Source: Minisyncoccota bacterium (GTDB lineage Bacteria; Patescibacteriota; Minisyncoccia; Phycocordibacterales; UBA5272). From it: DNA of 64,000 nt. A program made the position numbers and the translations under genes. Positions 9,016 through 21,198 of this stretch are shown piece by piece. The stretch is from positions 351,930 to 415,929 of the forward strand of contig JAXLZS010000001.1 in assembly GCA_046350775.1 (NCBI GenBank). Reading direction: 5' to 3'. Position 1 is the first letter of the stretch. The number at the start of each line of letters is the position of its first letter. The notes under the pieces were generated by a model that ran no database searches, was not told the origin of the DNA, and saw nothing but the letters and a program-made list of their open reading frames with translations.

Positions 9016-10356
9016 ATGCAAAAACAAGAAAATGAAGAAAAAGAAATCGTGTCAGAGATAGATGTGTCTGAAAAAATTATTATCACAAAAAAAAGTTTTA
9101 TCTCAAAAAGTAAAGAATACATAGAAAAAATTGGGCCAGGCATAATCACTGGAGCAGCCGACGATGATCCATCTGGTATAGCAACATATTCTCAGACGGG
9201 AGCTCAATATGGTACAAGACTACTTTGGCTTTCAGCCTGGACTTTTCCTCTCATGGCAATAATTCAAGAAATGTGCGCACGCATCGCACTGGTCACAGGC
9301 AGAGGGCTAGCAGCAAATATAAAAAAAGTATTTTCTAAAAAGATACTTTATGTCTGTACTATACTTTTATTTATCGCAAACACTTTTAATATCGGAGCTG
9401 ATATTGGTGCCATGGCAAAAGCTTTTGAACTCATTTATCCAAAAATAGATTTCAATTTTTTAGTTGTATTCATTGGACTACTAGTCTTAGCTTTAGAAAT
9501 AATAATCCCTTATAAAAGATATGTGCAATATTTGAGATGGTTTGTACTTTCACTTCTCGCCTATATCGCCACAGGTCTAATAATAGATATGCATTGGGCA
9601 AGTTTATTAAAAGATACTATCATACCTCATATGTCTTTTGGTAAGGATGAAATATTTTTGATCACTGGTATTCTTGGTACCACAGTATCCCCTTATCTAT
9701 TTTTCTGGCAAACAGCTGAAGAGATTGAAGAAGAGATAGTAGAAGGTAAGACAAGCATAAAAGAAAGAAAGGGTACAAATAAAGAAGAAATAAGTAAGAT
9801 GAGAAAAGATGTCTGGTTTGGTATGTTTATATCAAATCTTGTAATGTTCTTTATCATTGCTGTCTGCGCTAACACTCTTTTTATAAACGGGATAAATAAT
9901 ATCGGTACAGCTGACGAAGCAGCTCAAGCTCTTGCACCTTTAGCAGGAAATTCTTCTATGCTTTTATTTGCTATTGGTATCATAGGTACAGGATTGCTAG
10001 CAATACCAGTACTAGCAGGATCAACAGCCTATGCAATATCAGAAAGCTTTGGATGGAAAGAAGGTCTTTATAGAAAATACAAATCAGCACAATCATTTTA
10101 TTGGGTGATAATAATATCTATCATCATAGGGATCATAATGAATTTCTTAAATATTAATCCTGTAAAAGGACTAATATATGCTGCTGTCTTAAATGGCATA
10201 ATAGCCCCTATTATACTTATATTTATAGTAAGAATTAGTAGTAGTAAAAAAATTATGGGAGAACATAAAAATAATTTATTTACAAAATCACTAGGCTGGA
10301 TAATAACCATCTTTATGGCAACGACAGCTATAGCTACAATCTATTCAATATTTTAA
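9016..10356 (+). CDS. NRAMP-family divalent metal cation transporter (MntH-like)
   Basis: 446 aa polytopic protein with the NRAMP signature GPGIITGAADDDPSGIATYSQTGAQYGTRLLW. Confidence 0.7.
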   Translation: MQKQENEEKEIVSEIDVSEKIIITKKSFISKSKEYIEKIGPGIITGAADDDPSGIATYSQTGAQYGTRLLWLSAWTFPLMAIIQEMCARIALVTGRGLAANIKKVFSKKILYVCTILLFIANTFNIGADIGAMAKAFELIYPKIDFNFLVVFIGLLVLALEIIIPYKRYVQYLRWFVLSLLAYIATGLIIDMHWASLLKDTIIPHMSFGKDEIFLITGILGTTVSPYLFFWQTAEEIEEEIVEGKTSIKERKGTNKEEISKMRKDVWFGMFISNLVMFFIIAVCANTLFINGINNIGTADEAAQALAPLAGNSSMLLFAIGIIGTGLLAIPVLAGSTAYAISESFGWKEGLYRKYKSAQSFYWVIIISIIIGIIMNFLNINPVKGLIYAAVLNGIIAPIILIFIVRISSSKKIMGEHKNNLFTKSLGWIITIFMATTAIATIYSIF

Positions 10357-10364
10357 TTTAAGTT

Positions 10365-11282
10365 TTAATTATTCCCTATCAATGCTTTGATTCTTTCTGC
10401 GACTGGAGGATGGGTCATAAACAATTTCGCAAACCAAGAGACTCTCTCACCATCTTTTTCGTCTTCTATCTCAGAGTTGAGACCCATAGGATTTACTATA
10501 TACATATGAGCGGTCGCACTATTGGCATGAGTGAGTGGCTGATGAAATTGAGAAATCTTTTGAAGAGCTGAAGCCAATCCTTCTGGATACCTAGTCAAAA
10601 GTGCTCCAGAGCTATCCGCTAAAAATTCCCTTTTACGAGAAATGGCAAGCTGAATAATAGTAGCAGCAATAGGCGCCAGGATTATGGCTAAAATAGAAAT
10701 TATGATCATGATTGCGCCACCTTCTTCTTTTTTATCATTGCCTCCAAACATTCTCACTCTGAAAAACATTTGAGAAATAAAAGATATAGCAGATACCATT
10801 ATGACCACTATAGTAGATATCAATATATCTCTGTTTCCAATATGGCTCATCTCGTGGGCTATCACGCCTTCCAATTCTGCCTTATTAAGCATAGAGAGTA
10901 AACCTGTAGTAGCTGCTATAGCTGAATGATTTTTATTTCTACCTGTCGCAAAAGCATTTGGAATAGGATCATCTATCACATACAATTTTGGCATAGGAAG
11001 TCCAGCCGTGATTGCGAGATTTTCAGCAGAATTCCAAAATTCTGGGTACTCATTACGATTTATCTCTCTAGCACCTGCCATATTTAGAGCAACTTTATCA
11101 GAATACCAATATGAAAATATATTCATTATTATCGATATTGCTATCGCCCAATAAAAAATATTTACATCTTGATACACATAGGCCAACAAGAGACCAATCG
11201 CAGCAAATATAGCCACAAAGAGTGACATATATAGCCAAGTCTTATAGACGTTTTTTGACTGCTGTGTATAAAGTGTCGACAT
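10365..11282 (-). CDS. htpX: M48 zinc metalloprotease HtpX
   Basis: HEMSHIGNRD (HExxH) zinc site, TM helices, and the typical pairing with lemA downstream. Confidence 0.85.
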   Translation of the reverse strand: MSTLYTQQSKNVYKTWLYMSLFVAIFAAIGLLLAYVYQDVNIFYWAIAISIIMNIFSYWYSDKVALNMAGAREINRNEYPEFWNSAENLAITAGLPMPKLYVIDDPIPNAFATGRNKNHSAIAATTGLLSMLNKAELEGVIAHEMSHIGNRDILISTIVVIMVSAISFISQMFFRVRMFGGNDKKEEGGAIMIIISILAIILAPIAATIIQLAISRKREFLADSSGALLTRYPEGLASALQKISQFHQPLTHANSATAHMYIVNPMGLNSEIEDEKDGERVSWFAKLFMTHPPVAERIKALIGNN

Positions 11283-11303
11283 ATGAAATTAAAACTATAA
11301 GAT

Positions 11304-11873
11304 TTAGAATTTTACTTCGACAGGATTTTTAGCTGCCTGCTCATCTTCTCCCAATTTAAACATCTCACTGGCTTTAAATCCAAAAATTCCAGCTAAAATA
11401 TTTCTTGGGAAAGTTTGTGTAGCCGTATTAAAATCCATGACTACATTATTATAAAATCTTCTTGCGGCTTGGATTTTATTTTCTGTATCTGATAATTCAT
11501 TTTGTAGATTTACAAAATTACCTGTCGCCTTTAAATCTGGATAATTTTCTGATAAAGCAAAAAGAGATTTCAAAGTACCTGAAAGTACATTTTCTGTTTT
11601 AGAGATCTCTTCTTTATTTCCACTTTCATGAGCGCTCATTGCTGAATTTCTAGCAGCTATCACCTTTTCTAGAGTTGAGCTTTCAAAATTTGCAGCTCCC
11701 TTGACTGTGTTTACAAGATTTGGAACCAGGTCGTATCTTCTCTTAAGTTGTACATCGATATCCGCCCAAGCATTTTTAATATGATTAGATTTAGTGATGA
11801 GACCATTATAAGCTCCTATAAAATAAAGGATTACTACCGCTAAAATTATAATTAAAATTAAAGTTGATGACAT
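11304..11873 (-). CDS. lemA: LemA family protein
   Basis: N-terminal TM then NAWADIDVQLKRRYDLVPNLV, the hallmark of the LemA family, co-transcribed with htpX. Confidence 0.8.
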   Translation of the reverse strand: MSSTLILIIILAVVILYFIGAYNGLITKSNHIKNAWADIDVQLKRRYDLVPNLVNTVKGAANFESSTLEKVIAARNSAMSAHESGNKEEISKTENVLSGTLKSLFALSENYPDLKATGNFVNLQNELSDTENKIQAARRFYNNVVMDFNTATQTFPRNILAGIFGFKASEMFKLGEDEQAAKNPVEVKF

Positions 11874-11951
11874 ATATATTTATTTTTTTATATATTTTAC
11901 CACTTTTAAGACTTGTATGCTAGATTTCTTAACGTTGACAAAAATTAAATT

Positions 11952-12404
11952 TTATTTGAAAATACTTAAGATCTTTTCAATTGGTACAGCGACCAAAATA
12001 CTTCCAGCCACGATAAGACCAACACCAATCCAAGAGCTAATAGAAATCTTTTCAGAAAGTATAGCTAGAGCTAAAATAGCTGTGATGACTAGTGACAATT
12101 TATCTACAACTGTGACTGAGACTACATTGCCGTGAGATAAAGCATAATAAAAGAAAAGCCAAGAAAATGCTCCACCGGCGGCAGACAGTATCACAAATAT
12201 CCAATTTTTAGTAGTGAGAGAATTTAATGAAGAAAAAGAAAATTTAGAAATAAAAAATGCTGAGGCTGTCACAATTATAGCCATGACGACACCTCGGACC
12301 ACAGTCAAAACATTACTATCGACACCTTTCAAGCCAAACTTGGCAAAGATTGTACCAAGCGAAGCTGAGACCGCACCGAGAAACGCAAAAATTAATGGAT
12401 TCAT
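11952..12404 (-). CDS. small EamA/DMT-superfamily-like membrane protein
   Basis: 150 aa with 4 TM helices, resembling a half-size DMT transporter. No specific motif. Confidence 0.4.
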   Translation of the reverse strand: MNPLIFAFLGAVSASLGTIFAKFGLKGVDSNVLTVVRGVVMAIIVTASAFFISKFSFSSLNSLTTKNWIFVILSAAGGAFSWLFFYYALSHGNVVSVTVVDKLSLVITAILALAILSEKISISSWIGVGLIVAGSILVAVPIEKILSIFK

Positions 12405-12503
12405 AATTTTTTAATATTTATATATGATTAGATTATAACATTATTTATTTTTTAGTAATTTTGCTATAATTAAAAAATACTCAAAAAAGAGAATTTTAAA
12501 ACT

Positions 12504-14252
12504 ATGAATCAAGAAAAATTAGACCACAAAAGACATACATTAGCCCATATTTTGGCTAGTTTGCTATTAGAAAAATACCCTGGAACAAAATTGACTCTTG
12601 GACCAGCAATCGATAATGGATTTTATTATGATGTAGATTTTACAGGAGAAAATAAACCAAATGGAGAAAAAGATTTTCAAGATCTGACAAATGAAATGAA
12701 AAAGAAAATTAATGCTGGTGGTAATTTTTCTCACAAAGAAGTAAGCAAAGATGAGGCTCTAGAAATTTTTGCTGACAATGAATATAAAATAGAATTAATA
12801 AATGAGATCGCGGATCGTGGAGAAAAAATCACTCTCTACACAATACAAGATTTCACTGATCTTTGTCGTGGTGGTCACGTAGAAGATATAAAGGAGATTG
12901 ATGTAGATAGTTTTAAAATCACTCATACTGCTGGAGCATATTGGCGAGGAAAAGTTGAAAATAAAATGCTCACTCGTGTCTATGGTCTAGCTTTTGATAC
13001 AAAAGAAGATTTAGAAAATTATGAAAAGCAAATGGAAGAAGCAAAGAAAAGAGATCATCGTGTACTTGGTCGCGAGCTTGGATTATTTATCTTTTCTGAT
13101 CTTGTCGGACCAGGACTACCTCTCTGGACTCCACGCGGAACATTTTTAAGAAATCAAGTTGATAATTTTGTACAAGAACTCCGAAGTGAGTACGGATATG
13201 GAGCTGTCACTATCCCTCATCTTACAAAAAAAGATTTATATGTAAAATCTCAACACTGGGATAAATACGCTGAAGATCTTTTCAAAATAGAAACTCGTGA
13301 TGGACATACACTTTGTATGAAGCCGATGAATTGTCCTCATCATGCTCAGATCTACGCTTCAGAATTGCGAAGTTATAAAGAATTACCAATTCGTTATTCA
13401 GAGACGACTATGGTTTATCGTGATGAGCAGTCTGGAGAATTAAATGGACTCTCTCGCGTCCTCTCTATCACACAAGATGATGCACACATTTTCTGTCGCG
13501 AAATACAACTAGAAGAAGAAATAAATAACATTTGGAATTTGATAGAAAAATTCTACAAAACATTTGGATTTGAAAATCTCACACCAAGATTTAGCAGAAG
13601 AAGCGATGATCCAAAATATAAAGGTAATCCTGAATTTTGGGTAAAGGCAGAAAATGCAATAAAAAATCTTTTAGAAAAGAGAGTCGGTGATAAATTTGTA
13701 GATGGTCCTGGTGAGGCGGCTTTTTATGGACCAAAGGTGGACTTTATGGCAAAAGATGCGATTGGACGTGAGCATCAAGTAGGAACTATTCAAGTGGACT
13801 TCGTACAACCAGCCAACTTTGGCCTAGAATATGTAAATGAGACTGGAGCAAGAGAAATGCCTGTTATGATTCACTGTGCTATCGCTGGATCACTCGAAAG
13901 ATTTATGTCTGTCTATCTAGAGCATACAGCTGGCAACTTCCCTCTTTGGATGAGCCCAACCCAGCTATCAATTATTCCAGTAAATCTAGAAGCACATGGC
14001 GAATATGCGAAAAATATTTTTAATAAATTAAAAGAAAATAATATAAGATGCGAACTTGAAGACAGTAAAGATGGACTTGGTAAAAAAGTCCGCTATGCAA
14101 AAGAAATGAAATATCCATATTGGATAGTGATTGGCGACAAAGAAAAAGACGAAAATAAAATCACATTAGAATCTCGCTCTGGTGAAAAGTTTTCACTTTC
14201 AATCGATGAATTAATTGAGAATTTAGAAAAAGAAATCAAAGAGAAGATTTAA
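12504..14252 (+). CDS. thrS: threonyl-tRNA synthetase (short form lacking the N-terminal TGS domain)
   Basis: Class II aaRS motifs and the ThrRS-specific HRVLGRELGLFIF. The zinc-binding catalytic core and C-terminal anticodon-binding domain are present. Confidence 0.9.
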   Translation: MNQEKLDHKRHTLAHILASLLLEKYPGTKLTLGPAIDNGFYYDVDFTGENKPNGEKDFQDLTNEMKKKINAGGNFSHKEVSKDEALEIFADNEYKIELINEIADRGEKITLYTIQDFTDLCRGGHVEDIKEIDVDSFKITHTAGAYWRGKVENKMLTRVYGLAFDTKEDLENYEKQMEEAKKRDHRVLGRELGLFIFSDLVGPGLPLWTPRGTFLRNQVDNFVQELRSEYGYGAVTIPHLTKKDLYVKSQHWDKYAEDLFKIETRDGHTLCMKPMNCPHHAQIYASELRSYKELPIRYSETTMVYRDEQSGELNGLSRVLSITQDDAHIFCREIQLEEEINNIWNLIEKFYKTFGFENLTPRFSRRSDDPKYKGNPEFWVKAENAIKNLLEKRVGDKFVDGPGEAAFYGPKVDFMAKDAIGREHQVGTIQVDFVQPANFGLEYVNETGAREMPVMIHCAIAGSLERFMSVYLEHTAGNFPLWMSPTQLSIIPVNLEAHGEYAKNIFNKLKENNIRCELEDSKDGLGKKVRYAKEMKYPYWIVIGDKEKDENKITLESRSGEKFSLSIDELIENLEKEIKEKI

Positions 14253-14257
14253 AAACT

Positions 14258-14944
14258 ATGTTCGAAAAATTTTTAAATAGAGAGATTTTTGATAAAAATT
14301 TACTAAAAATAATAGTGACAGCTGGTAGAGAAAATAATGAAAATTATGGTAGTGTAAAAAATGAAATTGAACAAATAAAAAACTATTTTAAAAATTTAAA
14401 ATTAGAAGAAAAAGATTTATTAAACTCTACAATGTTAGATATAGGTAGTGGTACTATAAGATTTGATAAATATGTACAAGCAAAATATAAAACTGAAGTA
14501 TACTCATTAGATTTAGATAGAGAATCACTAGGTAATGAACATCTACACGAGATTATGTGTCGAGTTGGCTCAGAAAAAATAGACCTACCAGACAATATGT
14601 TTGAAATAATAATATCCCATGGAGCATTACCAGAAAATTTAGTAGAAATAAATAAAGAAAATGACACGATAGACGAAATGGTGTCAAAAGAAAAATTAGA
14701 TTTATTTTTCGATGAAATATATAGAACACTTAAGCCTAATGGTAAAATTAAAATCTCAATTGCATCTGCGAAATATATAGACAATCTTATTTATAAAGAA
14801 AAGGAATTTAATTGTAAAAAGGAACATATATTTTATAAATATAAAGATATTTTTATAAGGGAATATTTGAAAAATAAATATAAAGATAATTTTAAAATTA
14901 TAAATATAAATAAAAATGGTGACCTTATAGTTATAGAAAAATAA
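14258..14944 (+). CDS. hypothetical protein, possible class I SAM-methyltransferase fold
   Basis: A LDIGSGT glycine-rich motif is the only recognisable element. Very AT/Lys-rich. Confidence 0.3.
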   Translation: MFEKFLNREIFDKNLLKIIVTAGRENNENYGSVKNEIEQIKNYFKNLKLEEKDLLNSTMLDIGSGTIRFDKYVQAKYKTEVYSLDLDRESLGNEHLHEIMCRVGSEKIDLPDNMFEIIISHGALPENLVEINKENDTIDEMVSKEKLDLFFDEIYRTLKPNGKIKISIASAKYIDNLIYKEKEFNCKKEHIFYKYKDIFIREYLKNKYKDNFKIININKNGDLIVIEK

Positions 14945-14975
14945 AAACTCCTAATTATCAAGAGTTTTAATTTTA

Positions 14976-17165
<2,190 letters not shown>

Positions 17166-17325
17166 TTAAAATGATAAATTATGCTTTAATTATAGCATTT
17201 TTTAAGTCAAAATAAAAGTGAAAAATGTGTAAAATATCTTTATTTTACTTGACAGTTTATTATAAATAGTTTATTATATAATTGGTTTTATAATTAAATC
17301 AAACAATTCATTAAATTCTACAAAA

Positions 17326-17580
17326 ATGGCTAAAGGAATAAAAGAGTTGCACCCAATCTCTTCAGACAAAAAAATTTCTTGCTTATTTTCTCAACAAGAA
17401 ATGATACGAATGGAGAGTGAAGGCATAACAAAAGAAGCTTATTATTTTTTCTTAGAAGAAGGTGTAGACATGAAAAAATGTGGCACCTGTGAATGTTGGC
17501 CACATTTGAGATATTTAAACTTGTATACAAACGGATTAATGACTTCATGTGTACCTTGTATAAAGGATAAAAATATTTAA
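17326..17580 (+). CDS. small Cys-containing hypothetical protein
   Basis: 84 aa with a CGTCECW...CVPC cysteine pattern. A TTGACA at 17 nt from TATTAT precedes the start. No homolog recognised. Confidence 0.25.
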   Translation: MAKGIKELHPISSDKKISCLFSQQEMIRMESEGITKEAYYFFLEEGVDMKKCGTCECWPHLRYLNLYTNGLMTSCVPCIKDKNI

Positions 17581-17599
17581 GAAGCTGCGGCTTCTTTTT

Positions 17600-18748
17600 T
17601 TATTTATAATAAACACCTATTGCTTCAGATATATTTTTATATCCATCTTTATTTAGAAGATCTACTAATTCTTTATTTATAATCCCAATCTGGCTTGGAC
17701 CCTCATATATCATACCTGTTATCATCTGTACAAGACTTGCTCCTCTTTTTATTTTTTCATAAGCATCCTTTCCTTCAAAAACACCACCGCAACCGATAAT
17801 AATAAATCTATTTGTATCTTTATATTTTTTATAGACTTCACTTATCAAATTATTTGCAAGCTCTTCTGTCGGCTTTCCTGAAAAATTACCCCTTTGATCT
17901 TTTAATTTTTCTATTTCTTCCCTATTTAAATTTTTATTATTTCTATCTTTTACAAGATTTGAAAAAATAAATCCAGAAACAAATTTATAATTCTCAGCTA
18001 TCTCACATAAATCTAAAGTATCTTCGACAGATTTCTCGCTATGCATCTTTATAAAGACTGGCTTATCTATTTTTATTTCGCTTATCTTATCTAGTAGACT
18101 CTTAAATCCTTCTTTGCTATCAAATTTTATAAAATGCTCTGGTAGATGAATGAGATTTGGGCAAGATATATTAATCTCGAAATAGTCAAAATACTGTTCA
18201 TTGGTAGCCCTCTCAAAAGCTTGATAAAAATCCTCTCTCATACCATCTTCTGTTTCGTATTTTTTATTAGTAGCACCAATACTAATGCCGAGAGGAAAAT
18301 ATTTTTTTCTTTTATTTATTTTCTTTAAAACAAAATCTATACCATTACTTTTAAATCCTTTATTTACGAGCAGTGATTTGGATTTTGGAAGTCTGCCAAG
18401 CATGGGAAATGCATTCCCTTGATAAAAATTATTTGTCACCGTGCCAACAGTCTCAAATCCAAATCCAACTTGGGGCAAAATATTCATCAAATCAGCATCA
18501 TAGTCAAATCCCGCGGCGAGACCGATTGGATTTTTAAAGTCTATTCCCAATATATCTTGATTTAAAGATTGCGACTGAAAAGAAAATATTTTTTTGGTCA
18601 AAAATCTAGAAAATTTATATCTACCTAAAAAATTGCCCATCTTTAAAAATAAGACGTGGATATCATCCGCTGGAAATAAAAATAAAATTGGCTTAATTAT
18701 TTTTTTATAAATAAATCTTATTATTTTTCTCATACTATCTAATTTCAA
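17600..18748 (-). CDS. pyrD: dihydroorotate dehydrogenase (class 2, PyrD-like)
   Basis: NPIGLAAGFD, GFGFETVGTVT, ISCPN and IIGCGGV motifs match DHODH. The N-terminal extension is typical of membrane-associated class 2 enzymes. Confidence 0.8.
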   Translation of the reverse strand: MKLDSMRKIIRFIYKKIIKPILFLFPADDIHVLFLKMGNFLGRYKFSRFLTKKIFSFQSQSLNQDILGIDFKNPIGLAAGFDYDADLMNILPQVGFGFETVGTVTNNFYQGNAFPMLGRLPKSKSLLVNKGFKSNGIDFVLKKINKRKKYFPLGISIGATNKKYETEDGMREDFYQAFERATNEQYFDYFEINISCPNLIHLPEHFIKFDSKEGFKSLLDKISEIKIDKPVFIKMHSEKSVEDTLDLCEIAENYKFVSGFIFSNLVKDRNNKNLNREEIEKLKDQRGNFSGKPTEELANNLISEVYKKYKDTNRFIIIGCGGVFEGKDAYEKIKRGASLVQMITGMIYEGPSQIGIINKELVDLLNKDGYKNISEAIGVYYK

Positions 18749-21194
18749 ATCCTTTAGATTTTAGAGCTTCATAGACTCTCTCTGCTTCTTGATTCACCTC
18801 CTCGTCAGTGAGAGTTCTCTCTTTGTCTTGATAGATGAGTCTAAATCCAAAAGATTTCTTTTTAACTCCATCAATTTCTTTTTCAAATTTATCAAATAAT
18901 TTTAAAGATATACAAAGTGGAGAAATATTTTCTCTTATAGTATTTTCAATATCCGACTCAGAAATATCTTCCCCTACCCAACATGCGACATCGCGCACAA
19001 TAAATGGAGTCAGAGCAAAAGATTGATATTTTGTATCTTTTTTATCAATATTTTCTAGGGCTATATAATCGCTGCCCTGCTCTAAATCTTTTATGAGATT
19101 ATCAAAATCGATCTCAATACAATTTTCTTTTTGTGATGCGTTTTTTGTCTCTGTATATTTTATTTCTTGAATACTAAATTCTTTTTTAATTTCATTCAAA
19201 ATATTTTCTATTTCTTCTTTATAATTTTTATTTTTCTTTCCGTCATCGATAGCTATAGCTAGACTTCTCCACTCTATTTCTTTGCCATCAGCATCAACTG
19301 AAAAACAATTTCCAAATTCAAATACTCTGATCATATCAGTATCTATGAGGGGCATATTGAAAATATTTTTTTGTATTGCTTCTTCGACTCCTACAGAAAG
19401 ATTATTTCTTAAAAAGTTTTTATCTTGAGCGACAGATTTCAAGATCTCTATATCTCCTTTATTTCTGAGACTATAAGTATATATTTCACTAAATCCTTTT
19501 TTAAATAAAATATTTTTAATTTTATTTTCAAAATAAAGTCTTTTATTTGGAGCTCTTATCTTGTCTAATTTAGGTAAGACACTTTGTATATTATTAAGAC
19601 CAAAAACTCTGGCTACTTCCTCTATCAAATCTTCTTTGATTCTCAAATCCAATCTTTCTTCTGGAATGGTAACCACAAATCTCTCTTCTTCTAAATTTTC
19701 TAAGACTCTACCGTATCCCACAAACTCACCCCTAGCTAAAAATTCTTCAACAGACTCTATCTCTGTACCGTCTTTTAACTCGCTAGAAGAATGAATAACT
19801 TTATCCTCACCTAAAAACATAGCAAGATGATCTACACCATTTTCCACTCTTTCACCTTTTCTATATTCTTTTCCTTCAAAATAAATACCTGTACTTTTTA
19901 CTTTTCCTGTATTTATAAAAATAAGATCTCCAAATTTTAAATCTTCTTTAGACTTTATTCCTTTTGCCAAATCTTTTGTATAAAGATATTTATCAATAGA
20001 AATAGAAGGCATATAAATTCCTTCATATAAATATGAAATTAAAGATGAACAAGAAAATGCATTTGGAGCATCTTCACGCATAGAGCTTGGATTTTTATAA
20101 GCCTTACCAACTACTCCACTTATCTTATTTTCAATATTTTCTTTTGTAGAAATATATTTAAAATAAAAATTAAATCTTTTAAAAATATTTTCAACTTCTT
20201 CTTTGTTTATATTTATTCCAATTAATCTATTTATTTCATTTAAAGAAACAGAAACTTTATATTTCCAGCTATTTATTTTTTCTTTTGGCCAATTATCTAC
20301 TATCTCTCCAATTTCTATCTCAGTATTTTCATCACTCGCATACTCTTTTATAAGTTTCAAAGTTTCTATCATTCCGATTTCTACCAACTCATCAGCTATC
20401 TCATTTTCAAATCTTTTACTTGCGTCAGTTTTTAAATTATATTTTTGTGAAGTTTTACGAATCAGTGTCGGATTAAAATTAGCACTTTCTATAATAATAT
20501 TTTTTGTCTCATTTGAAATTCCAGAATACTTTCCACCTTTTATGCCAGCAAGACCTAAGACATTTTTACTGTCTGCGATGACTAAAGTTTTCCCATCTAA
20601 TTCTAAATCTTTATCATCAAGAGTTGTCATTCTTTCTCCATCTTTTGCAAATCTTGCTTCAAGACAAATATTATCTTTTGCTGATACCAGATTTGCGTCA
20701 TAAGCATGCATTGGTTTATTAAAACTAAATTGTACATAATTTGTAATATCTACAATATTATTTATACTTTTTTGACCAATAGCTTCAAGTCTGTATTTTA
20801 TAAATTCTGGAGAATCTTTTACTACTATGCTATTTACTTTGCAACCCATAAATCTCATACAAGATTTTGGATCAGAGATTTTTATAAAATCAGAATCAGA
20901 CTTTTTAAAAGAAAAAATATTTTTATAATCTACTGATTTTAATTTAAAATTAAATAGAGCAGCGACTTCTTTCGCCATATAGTAGTGTGACAGCGCATCA
21001 TGGGCTCTGTTTGGAAGAACATTTAAGTCATAAATAAAATCTTTTTTCTCAGATTCATTTTTCGCTAATTTATTTTCTATTTCAAAAAATTCTTCAACTT
21101 CAAAAGCGTTTGTAGAAATAACTTTTACAAAATCTTCCCCTTTTGGAATTTTCTCTTCAATATAATCTTGTATCCAGCTGTGTAAATATTTCAT
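18735..21194 (-). CDS. pheT: phenylalanyl-tRNA synthetase beta subunit. It lacks the EMAP-like tRNA-binding domain and carries an inserted NlpC/P60-like papain-fold domain.
   Basis: B1 N-terminus, then B3/4 (VLPNRAHDALSHYYMAKEVAAL), B5 (LIEEVARVFGLNNI) and the C-terminal FDX-ACB domain. An insert of about 150 aa has NlpC/P60 hallmarks (FSCSSLISYLY, GDLIFIN, VDHLAMFLGEDKVIHSS). Confidence 0.85.
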   Translation of the reverse strand: MKYLHSWIQDYIEEKIPKGEDFVKVISTNAFEVEEFFEIENKLAKNESEKKDFIYDLNVLPNRAHDALSHYYMAKEVAALFNFKLKSVDYKNIFSFKKSDSDFIKISDPKSCMRFMGCKVNSIVVKDSPEFIKYRLEAIGQKSINNIVDITNYVQFSFNKPMHAYDANLVSAKDNICLEARFAKDGERMTTLDDKDLELDGKTLVIADSKNVLGLAGIKGGKYSGISNETKNIIIESANFNPTLIRKTSQKYNLKTDASKRFENEIADELVEIGMIETLKLIKEYASDENTEIEIGEIVDNWPKEKINSWKYKVSVSLNEINRLIGININKEEVENIFKRFNFYFKYISTKENIENKISGVVGKAYKNPSSMREDAPNAFSCSSLISYLYEGIYMPSISIDKYLYTKDLAKGIKSKEDLKFGDLIFINTGKVKSTGIYFEGKEYRKGERVENGVDHLAMFLGEDKVIHSSSELKDGTEIESVEEFLARGEFVGYGRVLENLEEERFVVTIPEERLDLRIKEDLIEEVARVFGLNNIQSVLPKLDKIRAPNKRLYFENKIKNILFKKGFSEIYTYSLRNKGDIEILKSVAQDKNFLRNNLSVGVEEAIQKNIFNMPLIDTDMIRVFEFGNCFSVDADGKEIEWRSLAIAIDDGKKNKNYKEEIENILNEIKKEFSIQEIKYTETKNASQKENCIEIDFDNLIKDLEQGSDYIALENIDKKDTKYQSFALTPFIVRDVACWVGEDISESDIENTIRENISPLCISLKLFDKFEKEIDGVKKKSFGFRLIYQDKERTLTDEEVNQEAERVYEALKSKGFEIR

Positions 21195-21198
21195 AAAT

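Noticed and set aside
14945-14975. Weak hairpin AAACTC...GAGTTT between the convergent 14258-14944 gene and gyrB, as a bidirectional terminator
   Set aside because: The stem is only 6 bp with an 11-nt loop, too weak to call.
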